The notes beneath the pieces were generated by a model. The model saw nothing but the letters and a program-made list of their open reading frames with translations, made no database searches and was not told the origin of the DNA. The position numbers were made by a program, and so were the translations under genes. Positions 62,465 to 64,000 of a stretch of 64,000 nt of DNA are shown one piece after another. Location: assembly GCA_051599415.1 (NCBI GenBank), contig AP039711.1, positions 124,001 through 188,000 of the forward strand. Direction: 5' to 3'. Within the stretch, counting starts at the first letter, position 1. Each line of letters opens with the position of its first letter. This DNA comes from Savitreella phatthalungensis. Lineage: Eukaryota.

Positions 62465-64000
62465 ATGTCGAGCGAGTCCGACAAACACAAGATCGACGGC
62501 GGTCCAGCGGAGAACGAGGAGGAGATCAAGACGCTGCCATGGCGGAAGGAGCAGCGTGTTCCCACCGGTCCCCGTCTATCACCGCCAAGAAGCAGGAACA
62601 GCTCAAGCGCCAAGAGTGCGGGCAATTTCAGTTCGAAGAGGAGCTCGACATCCTATGACTCTTTTAACAGGTCTCGGCGCTTATCAGACATACCTCACGG
62701 GTACAATTTTCCGCCTTCGCCGTTGGCAAGCTATGACGAAAGGAGACAGCATCCGCTGACACCCTCTCCTTCCATACATGGCGGAAATATGCTCGACGAG
62801 GTGTCTGGCATGCTGAGGAGGTCTCATCTCATGCATGTTCCATTTGTCGTGTCAAGTCCGACCTCACCGGCCAGTCCAACCGGTCTCGTTCCGCTTACGT
62901 CGGTCATGACGCCAGGTGAGATACCCTCACTCGTCGGCTCTTCTACTCCTGGTGACACGACACCGCTGTGTTTGTCCCCCACCTCGCCTGTCAGTCCAGA
63001 GCAAGCCAAGCAGGTCATTCAAAACAGCCCACTCAGCGCTATTGCTATGGCTGAAGTGGCGCATCAAGCAGCACTCCAGCGACGCCAGCGCTCGAACAGC
63101 ACCAAAAGCGGTAGACTACACAAACGGGAGGACTCCAACAGCTCGCAGCTGTCTCAGGGACCACTACCAGTTGAGCTAGAGGAAGCCCTTTTTGCCGAGC
63201 CCAAGATACCTCAACCCATTCCAAGCCTATTCAGTACGCCTGCAAATGATGCGCCGCAGCAATCGACCCTACACAACCCATCGCGCACAAAGAACATATA
63301 TGTCCGTGGATTGCCTCCTGAGACGACGGACGACAACCTCTACGCCATCTGCAGGCGATTCGGTCGGATTGTATCGAGCAAGGCCATAATCGATGTCTCA
63401 ACTGGGCACTGTAAGGGTTTCGGCTTCTGCGAGTTTGATGACGAGCAAAGTGCTCGCAACTCGATCCTCGCGCTCACACACTATGGCTATCAGGTCTCAT
63501 TCGCCAAGGATAGCTTCAATGACCGTCTGCAGGACTTACGTGACTCGTCGTCGACTAACCTCTACTTGAGCAATCTGCCCGTGGACATGTGTGAAGAGGT
63601 AAGAAGAACGGCAGGCGGATAGAATCGGTGACTGACTGTTTCTCCCAGGATGTCGAAGAGCTCTTCTCGCCGCATCGCATTGTCTCTCAGCGCATTCTGC
63701 GAGACGCGAACAGGACGAGTCGTGGCGTTGGGTTTGCAAGGCTGGAGACGCGCAGAGACTGTGACGATGTCATTGCAGAGCTGAACGGCACAAAGCTTCC
63801 TGGCTGTGATCAGGCTCTGCAGGTTCGTTATGCTGATTCGCCACTGCAGAAGAAGCTCAAAACCCAGACACAGCAGCGTCGACAGTGGCGTGCGCGAGAG
63901 TACAACAGTAAGTTTAGATGGGAGTGATCGATGGATGGAAGAATTTTGCTGACCATTCAGTCCTCACCGGAAAATTTGCACAAGATCTGGCGAGCAACTT
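62465..64000 (+). CDS. Two-RRM RNA-binding protein, Spo5/MSSP(RBMS)-like; introns 63599-63648 and 63908-63960; runs off the window end
   Basis: NIYVRGLPPETTDDNL...FGRIVSSKAIID..TG.CKGFGF, GYQVSFAKDSF..RLQ.L.D..STNLYLSNLP, SRGVGFAR. Both introns are GTAAG..CTGAC..CAG and keep the frame. Confidence 0.88.

Noticed and set aside
1..64000. The many 60-260 aa antisense or alternate-frame ORFs nested in long genes
   Set aside because: These are expected shadows of GC-rich coding sequence; none shows a recognisable domain.

Overview
Gene-dense eukaryotic (fungal, ascomycete) nuclear DNA with mostly intronless genes and a few short (49-74 nt) GT..CTRAY..YAG introns. The Spo5-like RRM gene and the intron style suggest Taphrinomycotina, but that is inference. 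About 30 protein-coding genes are supportable, mostly housekeeping: RPC34, PUF6, NAT1/NAA15, PEX12, MIX23, B-type cyclin, Svf1-like, RPN1, ESF2, RIO2, TenA_E, a GT2-like protein, RPO41, NMD3, NOP53, SYO1, MLH1, TAO3/mor2, SYN8, NADPH-P450 reductase and a Spo5-like RRM protein truncated by the window end. There is also one tRNA-Thr(AGU). No mobile element, rRNA or CRISPR array is evident. Hand-splicing recovers three small or unknown genes that the ORF track misses or truncates. The most notable signals are: (1) a lysine-free 88-aa Cys-rich (CYSTM-like) protein carrying an internal ubiquitin-tail mimic, RLRGG; (2) a dense cluster of 10 MCB-like sites plus a FLEX-like forkhead site in the 3.4-kb spacer upstream of the cyclin; (3) a local concentration of ribosome-biogenesis genes; (4) alternating G/T-rich and C/A-rich blocks inside coding sequences; (5) intergenic minisatellites; (6) a TenA_E that looks more plant/bacterial than fungal. 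All family calls are from recalled motifs; no database search was run.
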